From NCBI GenBank assembly GCA_964586775.1, contig CAZPJD010000184.1, forward strand, positions 1,668-65,667: a stretch of 64,000 nucleotides of DNA, given 5' to 3'. Positions 28,055-38,614 of this stretch are shown here, in pieces; within the stretch, counting starts at the first letter, position 1, and the number at the start of each line of letters is the position of its first letter. The stretch is from an uncultured bacterium. Its GTDB lineage: Bacteria > Lernaellota > Lernaellaia > JACKCT01. Made by a program: the position numbers and the translations under genes. Below the pieces are notes generated by a model. It did no database searches and was not told the DNA's origin. It saw only the letters and a program-made list of their open reading frames with translations.

Positions 28055-31000
28055 ATGATCGACCGCTGGATCTTCCCCACCGGCCGCGACCACGACGCCT
28101 GCGGCGTGGGGGCGGTGTCGGTCGGGCGCACGCCGCAGGGACGCAAGGCGATCGACATGGCCCAGAAGGCTGTGTGCAACTTCGAGCATCGCGGCGCGTG
28201 CATGCCCGACGGCACGGGCGACGGCACGGGTTTTCTGACCGACATCCCCAAGCCGTTCTTCGCGCGGGCGCTGGCCGAGGCGACGCCGGGCGCGGAGACA
28301 TCGTTTCTGGACGGTACGGGCTGGGGCGTCGCCACGCTGTTCATCACGCCATCGCTGTCCGACGAGGCGGCCCGCGCCCTATGCGAAAAGGCCCTCGCGT
28401 CGATGGGCATCGCCGTCGCGCTTTGGCGGCACGTCCCCCTCGACCCCACGGGCCTCGGCAAGCTGGCGGCGAGCGCCACGCCGAACATGCGTCACGTGCT
28501 CATGCGCTGGACGCCGTGCGCGAGCGACGAATTGACGCTGCGCCTGCTTTTCAAGGTCCAGCGGCGACTGGAAGACAGCATCCGTGCGGCGGAGATGCCG
28601 ATCTACATCGTGTCGTTCTCCGACCGCGTGCTCGTCTACAAGGCCATGGCGGCGGGGGCGCAATTCACGCGGCTCTTCCCCGATCTCACGGCGCGCGATT
28701 TCGAGGTCGGCACGGTCGTATTTCACCGGCGATTCGCGACCAACACCTCGCCGAACTGGAACATGTGCCAGCCGTTTCGCCTGCTGTGCCACAACGGCGA
28801 AATCAACACGATCCAGGGCAATCGTCAGGCCGTGCGCACGTGGGAACGGTACGTCGCCGCGAGCGGCCGTTTTGAGGACGACTGGCCGGCGAACTCGCTG
28901 ATCCCCAATCAGAGCGACAGCGCGGACCTCGATGGCGCGGTGCAGGCGTACCACGCCGAAGGGCGCAGCCTCGCCTACGTGCTCGCGATCCTGATGCCCA
29001 AATCGTGGGAAAACTCGTCGCGCAACCTCGCGCCCGAGATGCGCGCGTTCTTCGAGTTCCACAAGCGCGCCATGGGTTCGATGGGTGCTTGGGAAGGCCC
29101 CGCGGCGATTCTCGCCTACGACGGACGCCAGCTCATCGCGTCGCTCGACCGCATGGGCCTTCGCCCGTTGCGCGTGAGCCAGAGCATCGACGGCACCTTC
29201 ATGGCGGCGTCGGAGCACGGCATCTTCGAGCACAACCCCGAGCAGATCGTCTTCCGCCAGCAGCTTACGCCCGGCGACCTCGTGCGTTTCGACCTCGAGA
29301 CGCAGCGCATCGTCCACTCGGCCGACGTGTACTATGAGATCCTGCGCGAAACCGCGCCGATGCTCAAAACCACGTTTCGCGACATCAACTCGCGTCAGAT
29401 CCACGCGCCGACCAGTTACGGCATCGACGACACGATCTCGCATCCCGATCTTTTCCATTTTCGGGGCCGCCTCGGCGCCTATCTGCGCGCCTGGGGATGG
29501 GACTCGAAGATGCGTCAGGAGAGCACCGATCATCTGATCGACTTGGGCAAGGAAGAGATTTACTCGATGGGCTACGACCGGGCGATGCCCGCCCTGTCGA
29601 TCGACGGCCCGACGCTCTACCAGTTCTTCCAGCAGCGGTTCGCGCTCGTCACCAACCCGCCGATCGACCCCTATCGCGAGGGTCGCGACATGGCGCTGGT
29701 GACCTATCTGGGGCGCATGCCCGACGTGCCCCCGCGCACCAGCCCGGATGCGGTGAACCTGCGCCTCAAGTCGCCGATCCTCACGATGCGCACCATCGGC
29801 GAGATCACGGCGTCGGAGCATATGCCCGCGCGCGTCGTGCGCACGATCTTCCCGGCGGGCGGCTCGGGCACCGACATGCGCGCCGCCCTCGACGGCGTGA
29901 TCGAGAAGTCGCTTCAGGCCGCGCGCGAGGGCGTCGAGGTGGTGATCCTCTCGGATCGCGGCTGCTTCGCCGAAAACGCGTGGCCGATCCCCGCGCCGCT
30001 GGCCGTGTGCTCGGTCAACGATGCGCTCATCGAGCATGGGCTCCGGCCGCTCACGAGCATCGTGGTGCAGTCGGGCGAGATCGCCGAAGCGCACGACGTG
30101 GCGGTGCTGCTCTCGCTGGGCGCGACGGCGGTGCATCCGCACGCGCTGTTCCGCTACGCGATGGAGCGCAGCCGCATCAAGGGCCGCCAGATCGGCACCG
30201 GCATGAAGAACGCCACCGAGGGACTCGAAGAGGGCCTTCGCAAGATCATGTCGAAGATGGGCATTTGCACGATTCAGGGCTATCGCGGCTCGATGCTCTT
30301 CGAGGCCGTCGGCCTCGGCCCCGACGTGAAGAAGTACCTGCCGGGCATTCCGTCGCGCGTGGGCGGCGTCGATTTCGACGTGCTGGCGGGCGACATCGCG
30401 CACCGCGTGCGTCACGCGGCGGCGATCGACGAGCTGCCGGAGTTCGATTTCGACGAACGCAGCTACAACGACCCGATGCGCATCGCGCTGTGGGAGGTCG
30501 CGCGCACCGGAGGCGAACGCGAATGGAAGCGTTACTCGCTGCTGACCGAAAGCCGCCGCCCCTGCACGATCCGCGACCTCGTACGGGTCGAGCCGCCCGA
30601 GGACGTCGAGCCCAAGGAGCCGCTGCCCGCGCAGGCGATCATGCGCGATTGCGCCTTCGGCGGCGGCATGTCGCACGGGGCGCTGACCGCGGGTGCGCAC
30701 GGGGCCATTGCTCAGGCCGCGAACGAAATCGGCATGCTGACCAACAGCGGCGAGGGCGGCGAAGACCGACGGCGCAACCGTACGGGCGATCTCGCGCACA
30801 TGCGCAGCCGTATCCGCCAGGTCGCCACGGGCCGTTTCGGGGTCGACGCCGAATACCTCGTCAATGCCGATGAGATCCAGGTAAAGATGGCGCAGGGCGC
30901 CAAGCCCGGCGAGGGCGGCCAGCTCATGTCGGCGAAGGTGACCGACGAAATCGCGCGGCTTCGTTATTGCCGCCCCGGCATCGACCTCATCAGCCCGCCG

Positions 31001-32596
31001 CCGCACCACGACATCTATTCGATCGAGGACCTCAAGCAGCTCATCTACGATCTGCGCGCGGTGAATCCGCAGGCGAAGATCTCGGTGAAGCTGTGCGCCG
31101 TCACCGGCATCGGCACCATCGCCGCGGGCGTGGTGAAGGCCGGCGCGGACATCATCGAGATCGACGGCGTCGAGGGCAGTACCGGCGCGTCGCCGCGCTC
31201 GTCGCTGCAGCACACGGGTCTGCCCACCGAGCTCGGCCTTCGTGAGGTGCATCTGGCGCTCACCGAACTCGGCCTGCGCGACGGCGTGAAGCTGCGCGCC
31301 GGGGGCGGGGTCAAGACCGAATATGACGCCGTCAAATACATGCTCATGGGCGCGGACCAGTTCGTCCTCGCGACGACGCTGATGATCGCGCAGGGCTGCA
31401 TCCACTGTAACTGCTGCCACCTCGGCACCTGCCCCACCTACATCGCGGGAATGAAGAACCCGCGCGCCGTCTGGCCGGGTTCGCACGCGCACGTCAAGAA
31501 CTTCCTGCTCGCCTTCGGTCAGGGCGTGGCGGAGCTCGTCGCGAGACTCGGCTTCTCGCACCCCGAGGAACTCGTGGGGCGCGTCGACCTGCTGCGCCGC
31601 CGCGAGCTGTCCGAGATTTCGCGAAACCTGAAGGACGCCTACGGCTTCGAGCCCGAGCGCTTCCTGCAGCGCGCCGCGCAGATGGACCTTTCGCTCGTTC
31701 TGTCCGACGTGAAGGTCCACGCCGCCGATACCTGCGCCGCGAGCCGCACGTCGATCGACAACCTCGATCACTCGGTCCGCCTGCTGATGGAAGCCGACGA
31801 CGAGCTGCGTAAGGCGATCGACGACGGCCGCCCACTTCAGCGCCGCTACAAGGTGCACAGCAGCAGCTCGGTCGATTTCGGCGTCGGCGTGGCGGGGCGC
31901 ATCGCGCGCAAGTGGGGCCGCGACGGCTGGCCCGCGGCCGGCACGATCCACCTGCACACCACCGGTACTGGCGGCCAAAGCTACGGCGCGTTCTGCGTGA
32001 AGGGCATGGACCTGCGCCACACGGGCTCATGCAACGACCACGTGGGCAAGGGCATGAGCGGCGGGCGCATCGTCATCGCGCAGCCCGACAACTTTTCGGG
32101 CAAGACGTGGCAGACGACGCTCGTGGGCAACACCGTGGCGTTCGGCGCGACGGGCGGCAAGCTCTTCATCCAGGGCCGTGGCGGCCAGCGCCTCGGCGTG
32201 CGCAACTCGGGCGCGACGATCGTTTGCGAGGGCGCGGGTCAATACGCGTGCGAGTACATGACCGCGGGCACCGTGGTGCTGCTCGGGCCCGTGGGCGACC
32301 ACATCGGCGCGGGCATGACCGACGGCGTTGCCTACCTCTACGACCCCGACGGCACGCAGGACGTGCGTTTCATGATCGACGAACGCAGCGTCGCGATCTC
32401 GACGCCGAGCGAGGACGAACTCTACGAGGTGCTCGCCGCGCTGCTCGACGAATACCACGAGGCGACGGGCTCGGCCCGCGCGATCGAGGCGCGCCAAAAC
32501 CTGTATCAGTTCACGAAGATCACGCCGCTTGCGGCGGTGTACGAAGAGATGAAGAAGAAGTTCGCCGTCGATCTCGGCAAGACGATCGCGGGATAA
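28055..32596 (+). CDS. gltB: Glutamate synthase large subunit
   Basis: Ntn amidotransferase Cys (DACGVGAV). FMN-domain motifs (SGEGGE, QVATGRFGV, KMAQGAKPGEGGQL, ISPPPHHDIYSIEDL). C-terminal GXGXG domain (GTGGQSYGAF). Start set to ATG 28055. Confidence 0.95.
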   Translation: MIDRWIFPTGRDHDACGVGAVSVGRTPQGRKAIDMAQKAVCNFEHRGACMPDGTGDGTGFLTDIPKPFFARALAEATPGAETSFLDGTGWGVATLFITPSLSDEAARALCEKALASMGIAVALWRHVPLDPTGLGKLAASATPNMRHVLMRWTPCASDELTLRLLFKVQRRLEDSIRAAEMPIYIVSFSDRVLVYKAMAAGAQFTRLFPDLTARDFEVGTVVFHRRFATNTSPNWNMCQPFRLLCHNGEINTIQGNRQAVRTWERYVAASGRFEDDWPANSLIPNQSDSADLDGAVQAYHAEGRSLAYVLAILMPKSWENSSRNLAPEMRAFFEFHKRAMGSMGAWEGPAAILAYDGRQLIASLDRMGLRPLRVSQSIDGTFMAASEHGIFEHNPEQIVFRQQLTPGDLVRFDLETQRIVHSADVYYEILRETAPMLKTTFRDINSRQIHAPTSYGIDDTISHPDLFHFRGRLGAYLRAWGWDSKMRQESTDHLIDLGKEEIYSMGYDRAMPALSIDGPTLYQFFQQRFALVTNPPIDPYREGRDMALVTYLGRMPDVPPRTSPDAVNLRLKSPILTMRTIGEITASEHMPARVVRTIFPAGGSGTDMRAALDGVIEKSLQAAREGVEVVILSDRGCFAENAWPIPAPLAVCSVNDALIEHGLRPLTSIVVQSGEIAEAHDVAVLLSLGATAVHPHALFRYAMERSRIKGRQIGTGMKNATEGLEEGLRKIMSKMGICTIQGYRGSMLFEAVGLGPDVKKYLPGIPSRVGGVDFDVLAGDIAHRVRHAAAIDELPEFDFDERSYNDPMRIALWEVARTGGEREWKRYSLLTESRRPCTIRDLVRVEPPEDVEPKEPLPAQAIMRDCAFGGGMSHGALTAGAHGAIAQAANEIGMLTNSGEGGEDRRRNRTGDLAHMRSRIRQVATGRFGVDAEYLVNADEIQVKMAQGAKPGEGGQLMSAKVTDEIARLRYCRPGIDLISPPPHHDIYSIEDLKQLIYDLRAVNPQAKISVKLCAVTGIGTIAAGVVKAGADIIEIDGVEGSTGASPRSSLQHTGLPTELGLREVHLALTELGLRDGVKLRAGGGVKTEYDAVKYMLMGADQFVLATTLMIAQGCIHCNCCHLGTCPTYIAGMKNPRAVWPGSHAHVKNFLLAFGQGVAELVARLGFSHPEELVGRVDLLRRRELSEISRNLKDAYGFEPERFLQRAAQMDLSLVLSDVKVHAADTCAASRTSIDNLDHSVRLLMEADDELRKAIDDGRPLQRRYKVHSSSSVDFGVGVAGRIARKWGRDGWPAAGTIHLHTTGTGGQSYGAFCVKGMDLRHTGSCNDHVGKGMSGGRIVIAQPDNFSGKTWQTTLVGNTVAFGATGGKLFIQGRGGQRLGVRNSGATIVCEGAGQYACEYMTAGTVVLLGPVGDHIGAGMTDGVAYLYDPDGTQDVRFMIDERSVAISTPSEDELYEVLAALLDEYHEATGSARAIEARQNLYQFTKITPLAAVYEEMKKKFAVDLGKTIAG

Positions 32597-32608
32597 GGCC
32601 GGAATACG

Positions 32609-33958
32609 ATGACCAAAGCGATGAAACGCGATGACGCCGCGACCGATTGGACGCCGCGGATCGCCCCCGACCAGATTCGGCGCAACTTCGCCGAGATCAA
32701 GCCGCCGCTGGCGGATCTGGAGGCGCTCGTCGAGGCGCAGCGCTGCCTGTATTGCGAATACGACGTGCCGTGTATGCGCGGGTGCCCGACCAAGATCGAC
32801 ATTCCGGGCTTCATTCGGCAGATCGGGGAGAACGACCCCGAGGCCGCCGCGCGCACGATCCTCGCGTCCAACGTCTTCGGCGCCGTGTGCGCGCGCGTGT
32901 GCCCCGTCGAAAAGCTGTGCGAGAGCCTGTGCATCTGCAACACGCTTCACGACAAACCGATCCCCATCGGCAAGCTCCAGCGGTTCGCGACCGACAAGCT
33001 GATGGCGTCGGGCCAGTTGCCGTTTCGGCGCGGCGAACCCACCGGGCGGCGCATCGCCATCGTCGGCGCGGGACCCGCGGGCGTGGCGGCGGCGTTCGAG
33101 CTGTCGCGATTTGGCCACGATGTGGTGATCTTCGAGAAGGAGCGCGAGCCCGGCGGCCTCGATCGCTACGGCATCGCCGAATACAAGATCGACGCGAACT
33201 TCGTCCGGCGCGAGATGGACTATCTGCTCAAGCTCGGCGGCTTCGAGATCAAGACGGGTCGCGCGCCGGTCGATCCGGGCAAGCTCAAAAAGCTGCTCGC
33301 CGACTATGACGCGGTGTTGATCGCCGTGGGACTCGGGCCGACGAAGAGCCTCGGCGTGCCGGGAGAGGACCTGCACGGCGTCGTGGACGCGCTTTCGTTC
33401 ATCCGCCGGATCAAGACGCAGTCCCTCGACTCCGTTCCCGTCGGGCGGCGCGTCGTCGTCATCGGCGCGGGCAACACGGCCATCGACGCGGCGACGCAGG
33501 CCAAACGACTGGGCGCGGAGTCGGTGACGGTCGTGTATCGGCGCGGACGCGAGCACGCCAAATGCACCGACCACGAATATGAAATCTCGCTCGCCGATGG
33601 CTGCGAATGGATCTTCGACGCCGCGCCGGTCGATGTCCTCGGCGACTCGAACGGTCATGTCACGAGCGCGCGCTTCAAGAAAGACGGCGAGGTCTTCGAA
33701 CTGCCTTGCGATCACTTCATCAAGGCGATCGGGCAGGAGCCGTTCCCCTGGTTGCAAGAGGTGCCCGGCCTGGAACTCGAGCCCAATCGCACGATCAAGG
33801 TCGATCCCATCACGTGGATGACGAACGTGCCGGGGCTGTTCGCGGCGGGCGACTGCGTGAAACAGGCGAAAGAGGTCGTCAACGCCGTGTACGAGGGCAA
33901 GCGCGCCGCGCAGGCCATTGACGGGTGGATGGCCTTCGACGCCCCGAAATTCGATTAA
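32609..33958 (+). CDS. gltD: Glutamate synthase small subunit / NAD(P)H-dependent oxidoreductase
   Basis: Fe-S Cys clusters (CLYCEYDVPCMRGCP; CARVCPVEKLCESLC), dinucleotide folds (IAIVGAGPAGVAAA; VVVIGAGNTAIDAA). Immediately follows gltB. Confidence 0.9.
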   Translation: MTKAMKRDDAATDWTPRIAPDQIRRNFAEIKPPLADLEALVEAQRCLYCEYDVPCMRGCPTKIDIPGFIRQIGENDPEAAARTILASNVFGAVCARVCPVEKLCESLCICNTLHDKPIPIGKLQRFATDKLMASGQLPFRRGEPTGRRIAIVGAGPAGVAAAFELSRFGHDVVIFEKEREPGGLDRYGIAEYKIDANFVRREMDYLLKLGGFEIKTGRAPVDPGKLKKLLADYDAVLIAVGLGPTKSLGVPGEDLHGVVDALSFIRRIKTQSLDSVPVGRRVVVIGAGNTAIDAATQAKRLGAESVTVVYRRGREHAKCTDHEYEISLADGCEWIFDAAPVDVLGDSNGHVTSARFKKDGEVFELPCDHFIKAIGQEPFPWLQEVPGLELEPNRTIKVDPITWMTNVPGLFAAGDCVKQAKEVVNAVYEGKRAAQAIDGWMAFDAPKFD

Positions 33959-33968
33959 GGACCGCCGC

Positions 33969-35003
33969 GTGGAATTCGACGCCTATCACCCGGCAAGCGG
34001 CGACGGCTGGCGGCTCTACGTCCGCCGCGCCACCAATCCCGCGCGATTCAATCCCGACCTGCGTCCGCTCGCCATCGTGCCCGGCTACGGGATGAATTCG
34101 TACATCTTCGGTTGGCATCCGCGCGGCGAGTCGATGATCGACTACCTCACCGACGCCGGCTTCGAAGTCTGGACGATGAACTTCCGCTGCCAGGACCAGA
34201 CGGTGAACGAGGGCGGGCGGCGGCGATATGGATTCGCCGACATCGTGCTGCGCGACCTGCCCGCGGCGATCGGCTGCATCATGGAGCACACGCGCTCGCG
34301 CCGCGACCGGCTCGACATCATCGGCTGCTCGCTCGGCGGCACGTATCTCTACGCCTATCTCGTCATGCGGCCGGACAATCCGCTCGGAAACGTCGTGGCG
34401 ATGGGCGCGCCCCTGCGTTGGGATCACGTGCATCCGATCTTTCGCGTGCTCTTCGCCAAACCGAAGCTGCTCGGTCTCCTCGCCCTGCGGGGCACGCGCA
34501 CACTCGCGCGCTGCGCGCTGCCGATCGCGGCGAAGATCCCCGGATTTTTGCACATCTACCTGCACCCCAAGAGCGTCGATCTGTCGAAGCCCGACATGCT
34601 CGTGAAGACGGTCGAGGACCCCAATCCGCAACTGAACGAAGAGATCGCGCGCTGGATGCTCGCCGCCGATCTCATCATCGACGGCGTGAATGTCAGCGAG
34701 GGCATGGCGGCGGTGACGAACCCGCTTTACCTGATGCTCGCGTGCGCCGACGGCATCGTGCCCGAGGCGACGGCGCTCTCGGCGGCGCGGCTCGCGGCTT
34801 CGACGGTGAAGGACGTCATCACGGTCGGCGACGCGGACTACCCGATGGCGCACGCCGACATGTTCATCTCCGACGAGGCGCACCAACGCGTCTTTGTTCC
34901 GCTCGCGGATTGGCTGGTCGCGCATCAGGACGGCGCGCGCGCCGATCAGACCGTCTCGGCCCCCGCCGAGCCCGCGTCGTCGCGGCGCAAGCGACGCGGC
35001 TGA
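33969..35003 (+). CDS. Alpha/beta-fold hydrolase
   Basis: Nucleophile elbow GCSLGG. GTG 33969 preceded by AAGGA. The track start at 33918 overlaps gltD and is less likely. Confidence 0.7.
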   Translation: MEFDAYHPASGDGWRLYVRRATNPARFNPDLRPLAIVPGYGMNSYIFGWHPRGESMIDYLTDAGFEVWTMNFRCQDQTVNEGGRRRYGFADIVLRDLPAAIGCIMEHTRSRRDRLDIIGCSLGGTYLYAYLVMRPDNPLGNVVAMGAPLRWDHVHPIFRVLFAKPKLLGLLALRGTRTLARCALPIAAKIPGFLHIYLHPKSVDLSKPDMLVKTVEDPNPQLNEEIARWMLAADLIIDGVNVSEGMAAVTNPLYLMLACADGIVPEATALSAARLAASTVKDVITVGDADYPMAHADMFISDEAHQRVFVPLADWLVAHQDGARADQTVSAPAEPASSRRKRRG

Positions 35004-36727
35004 GCCTTCGCGGCGGCAGCCTCGACCGGCCACGCAAGGCGGAATCCCTCACCGGTGACGATCTCGCGCGCGACGACGGGCACATCGCCCTTCGGCGGTA
35101 GCACCACCTTCATCGGGCAGCCGCGCACGATGTCGCGATCGATGTCGATGCCGGGCATCACCTCGACCAACATCATGCCGCGCTTCGTCAACCGGAAGAC
35201 ACCGACGTTCGTGACGTAGTGAACCGTCTTGCCCCGGCGCAGCGCCTCGGACCCGTTGAACGTGATCTGCGAGACGGCGTCCTTGAATTTTGGCTCACCG
35301 CGCTTCGCGATACGCACCGATCCGTTCTCGACGCGCACGTCGCCGTGCGCCATCCACGAGCCGACGAACAGGATGTTGCGCGCGGCGGCCACGAGATCCG
35401 GCAACCCGCCGGGCCCGACGTAGTTGATCATCTTCGGCCCGCGCTTCGAGACGTTGATGTTGCCGTGCGAGTCGGCCTCGAGTACGCCGAGCATGGTGAC
35501 GTCGAGGTGGTCGTAGGCCATGTGGAAGATCCGCGCCGAGGTGATGATTTTTTGAGGACGCACCGCGGAGCCGAAGAAAATCCCCGGCGCGGGCAGGCCG
35601 CCGAGCACGCCGGTTTCGGTGAAGAACGTCACCTCGTCCTGCAACCCGCCCTCGTAGATGAGTCGGCAGACCTCTTCGGGCAGGCCGGTGCCGATGTTGA
35701 TGAGCGCGCCGCGACGCGCGAGACGCATGAAGACCGACGCCGCGAGCCGGGCCGTGGCGAGCTCGATGGGCGTGCGCACCGGCGCGATCTTGAGGATGTC
35801 GTTGGCGAACTTCAGCTTCTCGACGACATGGTGGACGTCGGTCTCTTCGCGGTGCTCGACGGTGAACCCGGGCCAATAGCGGCGCTGGGGGATCGAGCCC
35901 GTCTGCTCGCTGCGCGAGTTGACGACGATGTGATCGACCTTGTCCGCCGGGATGAAAATCTCGGCCTCGTTCTTTTCAATGATGTCTGAAACGCTGGCGA
36001 TCACGAGTCCGCCATCGGCTTTGGTGGCGAGCGCGCTCTCGTAAGCCTCGGTCATCGTCGAGGCGTGGCGTTTGTAAATGTTGCCCTCGGCGTCGGCGTA
36101 AGGCGCGACAAAGAGCGCCACGTCGAACCGCGGGAACGTGAAACGAAGTTTGTCGCCGGCGCGCTCGATGAGCGACATCGTTTGCGTCGCGCCGCCGACG
36201 TACGATCCGCCGCCCACGGTGGGATCGAGAAAGGTGCCGAGGGCGGTGTCGTGTTCGATCCACCGCTCGCCGCGCGCCTTGGCTTCGAGCAAAAAGGTCT
36301 GCATCCCCTGCGCCATCGTGTGCAGCTCGATCCGTCCCTCGTCCGCTGCGGTCAAAAGCGCCCGGGCGGTTTCGAGGTGCCCCGCCACGAAACGCGAGAT
36401 GAGCCCCGGCGCGTTCAGCTCCTCGATGGTGCCCGGCACGCGCCCGCGCCCGCCCTGCGCTCCCACGACGATCCACGTCAGATTCTTCGGATGCGCCGAC
36501 TGCGCGAAGCGCTCCTTGATCGCCCAGAAAAAGATCGAGCAGCGCGCGTTCGCCGCCATGCCCGACGAAAAAATCGTCGCGCCGTCGGGGATCATCTCGA
36601 CGGCCCGGCGGGCGGTGATGAACTTGGGGTGCGCGATCGGGGGTTTTTCGTCGATGTCGCGAAGGTTCCAGGTGGCGCGCCAGCGCGCGATGTGCAGCAG
36701 CAATTCGGCTTTTTCCAGTGTATTCAT
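34946..36727 (-). CDS. Fused alpha/beta family-I acyl-CoA:acetate/3-ketoacid CoA-transferase (YdiF-like)
   Basis: About 590 aa with both CoA-transferase halves (IPDGATIFSSGMA...; GIGLPEEV-type INIGTGLPEEV). ATG 36727 chosen over TTG 36739. The 3' end overlaps the convergent hydrolase gene by 58 nt. Confidence 0.85.
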   Translation of the reverse strand: MNTLEKAELLLHIARWRATWNLRDIDEKPPIAHPKFITARRAVEMIPDGATIFSSGMAANARCSIFFWAIKERFAQSAHPKNLTWIVVGAQGGRGRVPGTIEELNAPGLISRFVAGHLETARALLTAADEGRIELHTMAQGMQTFLLEAKARGERWIEHDTALGTFLDPTVGGGSYVGGATQTMSLIERAGDKLRFTFPRFDVALFVAPYADAEGNIYKRHASTMTEAYESALATKADGGLVIASVSDIIEKNEAEIFIPADKVDHIVVNSRSEQTGSIPQRRYWPGFTVEHREETDVHHVVEKLKFANDILKIAPVRTPIELATARLAASVFMRLARRGALINIGTGLPEEVCRLIYEGGLQDEVTFFTETGVLGGLPAPGIFFGSAVRPQKIITSARIFHMAYDHLDVTMLGVLEADSHGNINVSKRGPKMINYVGPGGLPDLVAAARNILFVGSWMAHGDVRVENGSVRIAKRGEPKFKDAVSQITFNGSEALRRGKTVHYVTNVGVFRLTKRGMMLVEVMPGIDIDRDIVRGCPMKVVLPPKGDVPVVAREIVTGEGFRLAWPVEAAAAKAQPRRLRRDDAGSAGAETV

Positions 36728-36909
36728 GGCGTAGCCCAAGGGATGAGGATGAGAAGTTGGCGGGCGGGAACGTCCGTCGGCGCGCCCGAGCGACGCGCCG
36801 TCACGGATTTAGCGCCCTTCGCGCCGATTTTCAAGAAAAATCGATATGAACGTCGAATCGCACACGATGCGCGGACGGGCCGAGCGCTGACCCGTCCGCG
36901 GACTTTCGA

Positions 36910-38172
36910 CTAATCGCGCTTGAACTTGGAGTAGTTGGGCGCGCGATATCCGACGAGGTCGTCGTGGCCCGAGTGCTCGATCATGCTGCGGATCTTGATC
37001 GGCAGGCCGAAGAGTTCGATGAACCCTTCCGCATCGCGCTGATCGTAAACATCGGCGTGGCCGAAGGTCGCAAAGTCCTCGCGATACAGCGAATAGGGGC
37101 TTTTGCGACCGCGCACGAGCACGTTGCCTTTGTAGAGCGTGAGTCGCACCGAGCCCGTGATGTTGTGCTGCGTGGACGCGACGAAGGCGTCGAGCGCCTC
37201 GCGTAGCGGCGTGAAGTAGAGGCCGTTGTAGACGAGTTCGGCGTACTTGGGCGCGAGCGAGTTCTTGAAGTGCATCGTCGCCGCGTCGAGCACGAGCGAT
37301 TCGAGTTCGTGATGCGCGGCGTAGAGGATCGTGCCGCCGGGCGTCTCGTACACGCCGCGGCTCTTCATGCCGACGAGCCGGTTTTCGACGATGTCCACAC
37401 GGCCAATGCCGTGCTTGCCACCCAGTTCGTTCAACCGCTCGACGAGCGTGACGGGGTTCAGCTCTTCGCCGTTCATGCCCACCGGCGCGCCCGAGCGGAA
37501 CTCGATCGTCATCGTCTCGCCCTCGGCGGGGGCGTCGAAGGGGCTCTTCGTGAGCTGATAGATTTTCTCCGGCGCTTCGTTCCATGGATCCTCGAGCTCG
37601 CCGCCCTCGCTCGACATGTGCCAGATGTTGCGGTCGTGGCTGTAGATCTTTTCGGCGCTCGCCGTGACGGGGATCTTGCGTTCGGCGGCGTAGCGCAACG
37701 CGTCCTCGCGGCTGCGGATATCCCACTCGCGCCATGGCGCGATGATGCGCACGTAGGGGTTGAACGCGCGGAAGGTCAACTCGAAACGCACCTGGTCGTT
37801 GCCTTTGCCGGTGCAGCCGTGCGAGACGGCGTCCGCGCCTTCCTCCTCGACGAGGTCCATCATGCGCTTGGCGATCAGCGGCCGCGCGATCGACGTGCCG
37901 AGCAGGTAGCGCCGCTCGTACACCGCGCCCGCCTGCATCATGGGAAAGACGTAGTCGCGCAGAAATTCCTCGCGCAGGTCGCGGATGACGATGCGATCCG
38001 CGCCGGTCGCGAGCGCCTTTTCCTCCAGCCCGTCGAGTTCGAGCCCTTGGCCGATATCCGCGGCGAAGGCCACCACGCGACAGCCGTAGTTTTCCTTCAG
38101 CCACGGGATGATGATGCTCGTGTCCAGACCCCCGGAATACGCCAGAACACACGTCTTCACCGAATCACTCAT
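36910..38172 (-). CDS. argG: Argininosuccinate synthase
   Basis: [41 protein letters not shown]. Confidence 0.95.
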   Translation of the reverse strand: MSDSVKTCVLAYSGGLDTSIIIPWLKENYGCRVVAFAADIGQGLELDGLEEKALATGADRIVIRDLREEFLRDYVFPMMQAGAVYERRYLLGTSIARPLIAKRMMDLVEEEGADAVSHGCTGKGNDQVRFELTFRAFNPYVRIIAPWREWDIRSREDALRYAAERKIPVTASAEKIYSHDRNIWHMSSEGGELEDPWNEAPEKIYQLTKSPFDAPAEGETMTIEFRSGAPVGMNGEELNPVTLVERLNELGGKHGIGRVDIVENRLVGMKSRGVYETPGGTILYAAHHELESLVLDAATMHFKNSLAPKYAELVYNGLYFTPLREALDAFVASTQHNITGSVRLTLYKGNVLVRGRKSPYSLYREDFATFGHADVYDQRDAEGFIELFGLPIKIRSMIEHSGHDDLVGYRAPNYSKFKRD

Positions 38173-38614
38173 CGCTCGCCTTGTCCTTTCGTGAATTCAT
38201 GCCGGCAAAAAGCCGCGCCAGCACCAGATTTCGAGCCTGTCGGTCGCGGCAGGCGACGATCAGCGTGTCGTCCCCCGCGACGGTTCCCACCACCTCGTCC
38301 CAGCCCGCGCTGTCGATGCGAACGCCGAGCAGTGACGCTTGTCCCGGCGGCAGCTTCACGACCGCAATCGCGTCGGCCGGCTCCGCGGAGAGGATCTCGA
38401 TCGGAAGTTCCGACAAGAAGCCGCGCTCAGAGGGAATCGCGTATCTTCCGCCGATCTTGACGAGGCCCAGGTGCGCGATGTCGCGCGAGACCGAGCTTTG
38501 CGTCGCCTCGATCCCCGCGCGCTGGAGCAGGTCGACCAGCTCCTGCTGCGTCGAAACGGCGCGTTGCGCAATGATGCGGCGGATCGCGTGTCGGCGGCGC
38601 TGGGTGGAGTTCAT
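38165..38614 (-). CDS. argR: Arginine repressor
   Basis: ATG 38614 (ATGA overlap with the upstream gene). Winged-helix [24 protein letters not shown] and C-terminal GTVAGDDT arginine-binding motif. Confidence 0.9.
   Translation of the reverse strand: MNSTQRRRHAIRRIIAQRAVSTQQELVDLLQRAGIEATQSSVSRDIAHLGLVKIGGRYAIPSERGFLSELPIEILSAEPADAIAVVKLPPGQASLLGVRIDSAGWDEVVGTVAGDDTLIVACRDRQARNLVLARLFAGMNSRKDKASDE

Noticed and set aside
34946-35003. 58-nt overlap of the convergent hydrolase and CoA-transferase genes (and the 15-nt truB/DUF3570 overlap at 18097..18111) as a sign of mis-assembly or antisense regulation.
   Set aside because: Short 3'-3' overlaps are common in compact high-G+C genomes, and both reading frames look intact. 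There is no further evidence for a regulatory role.
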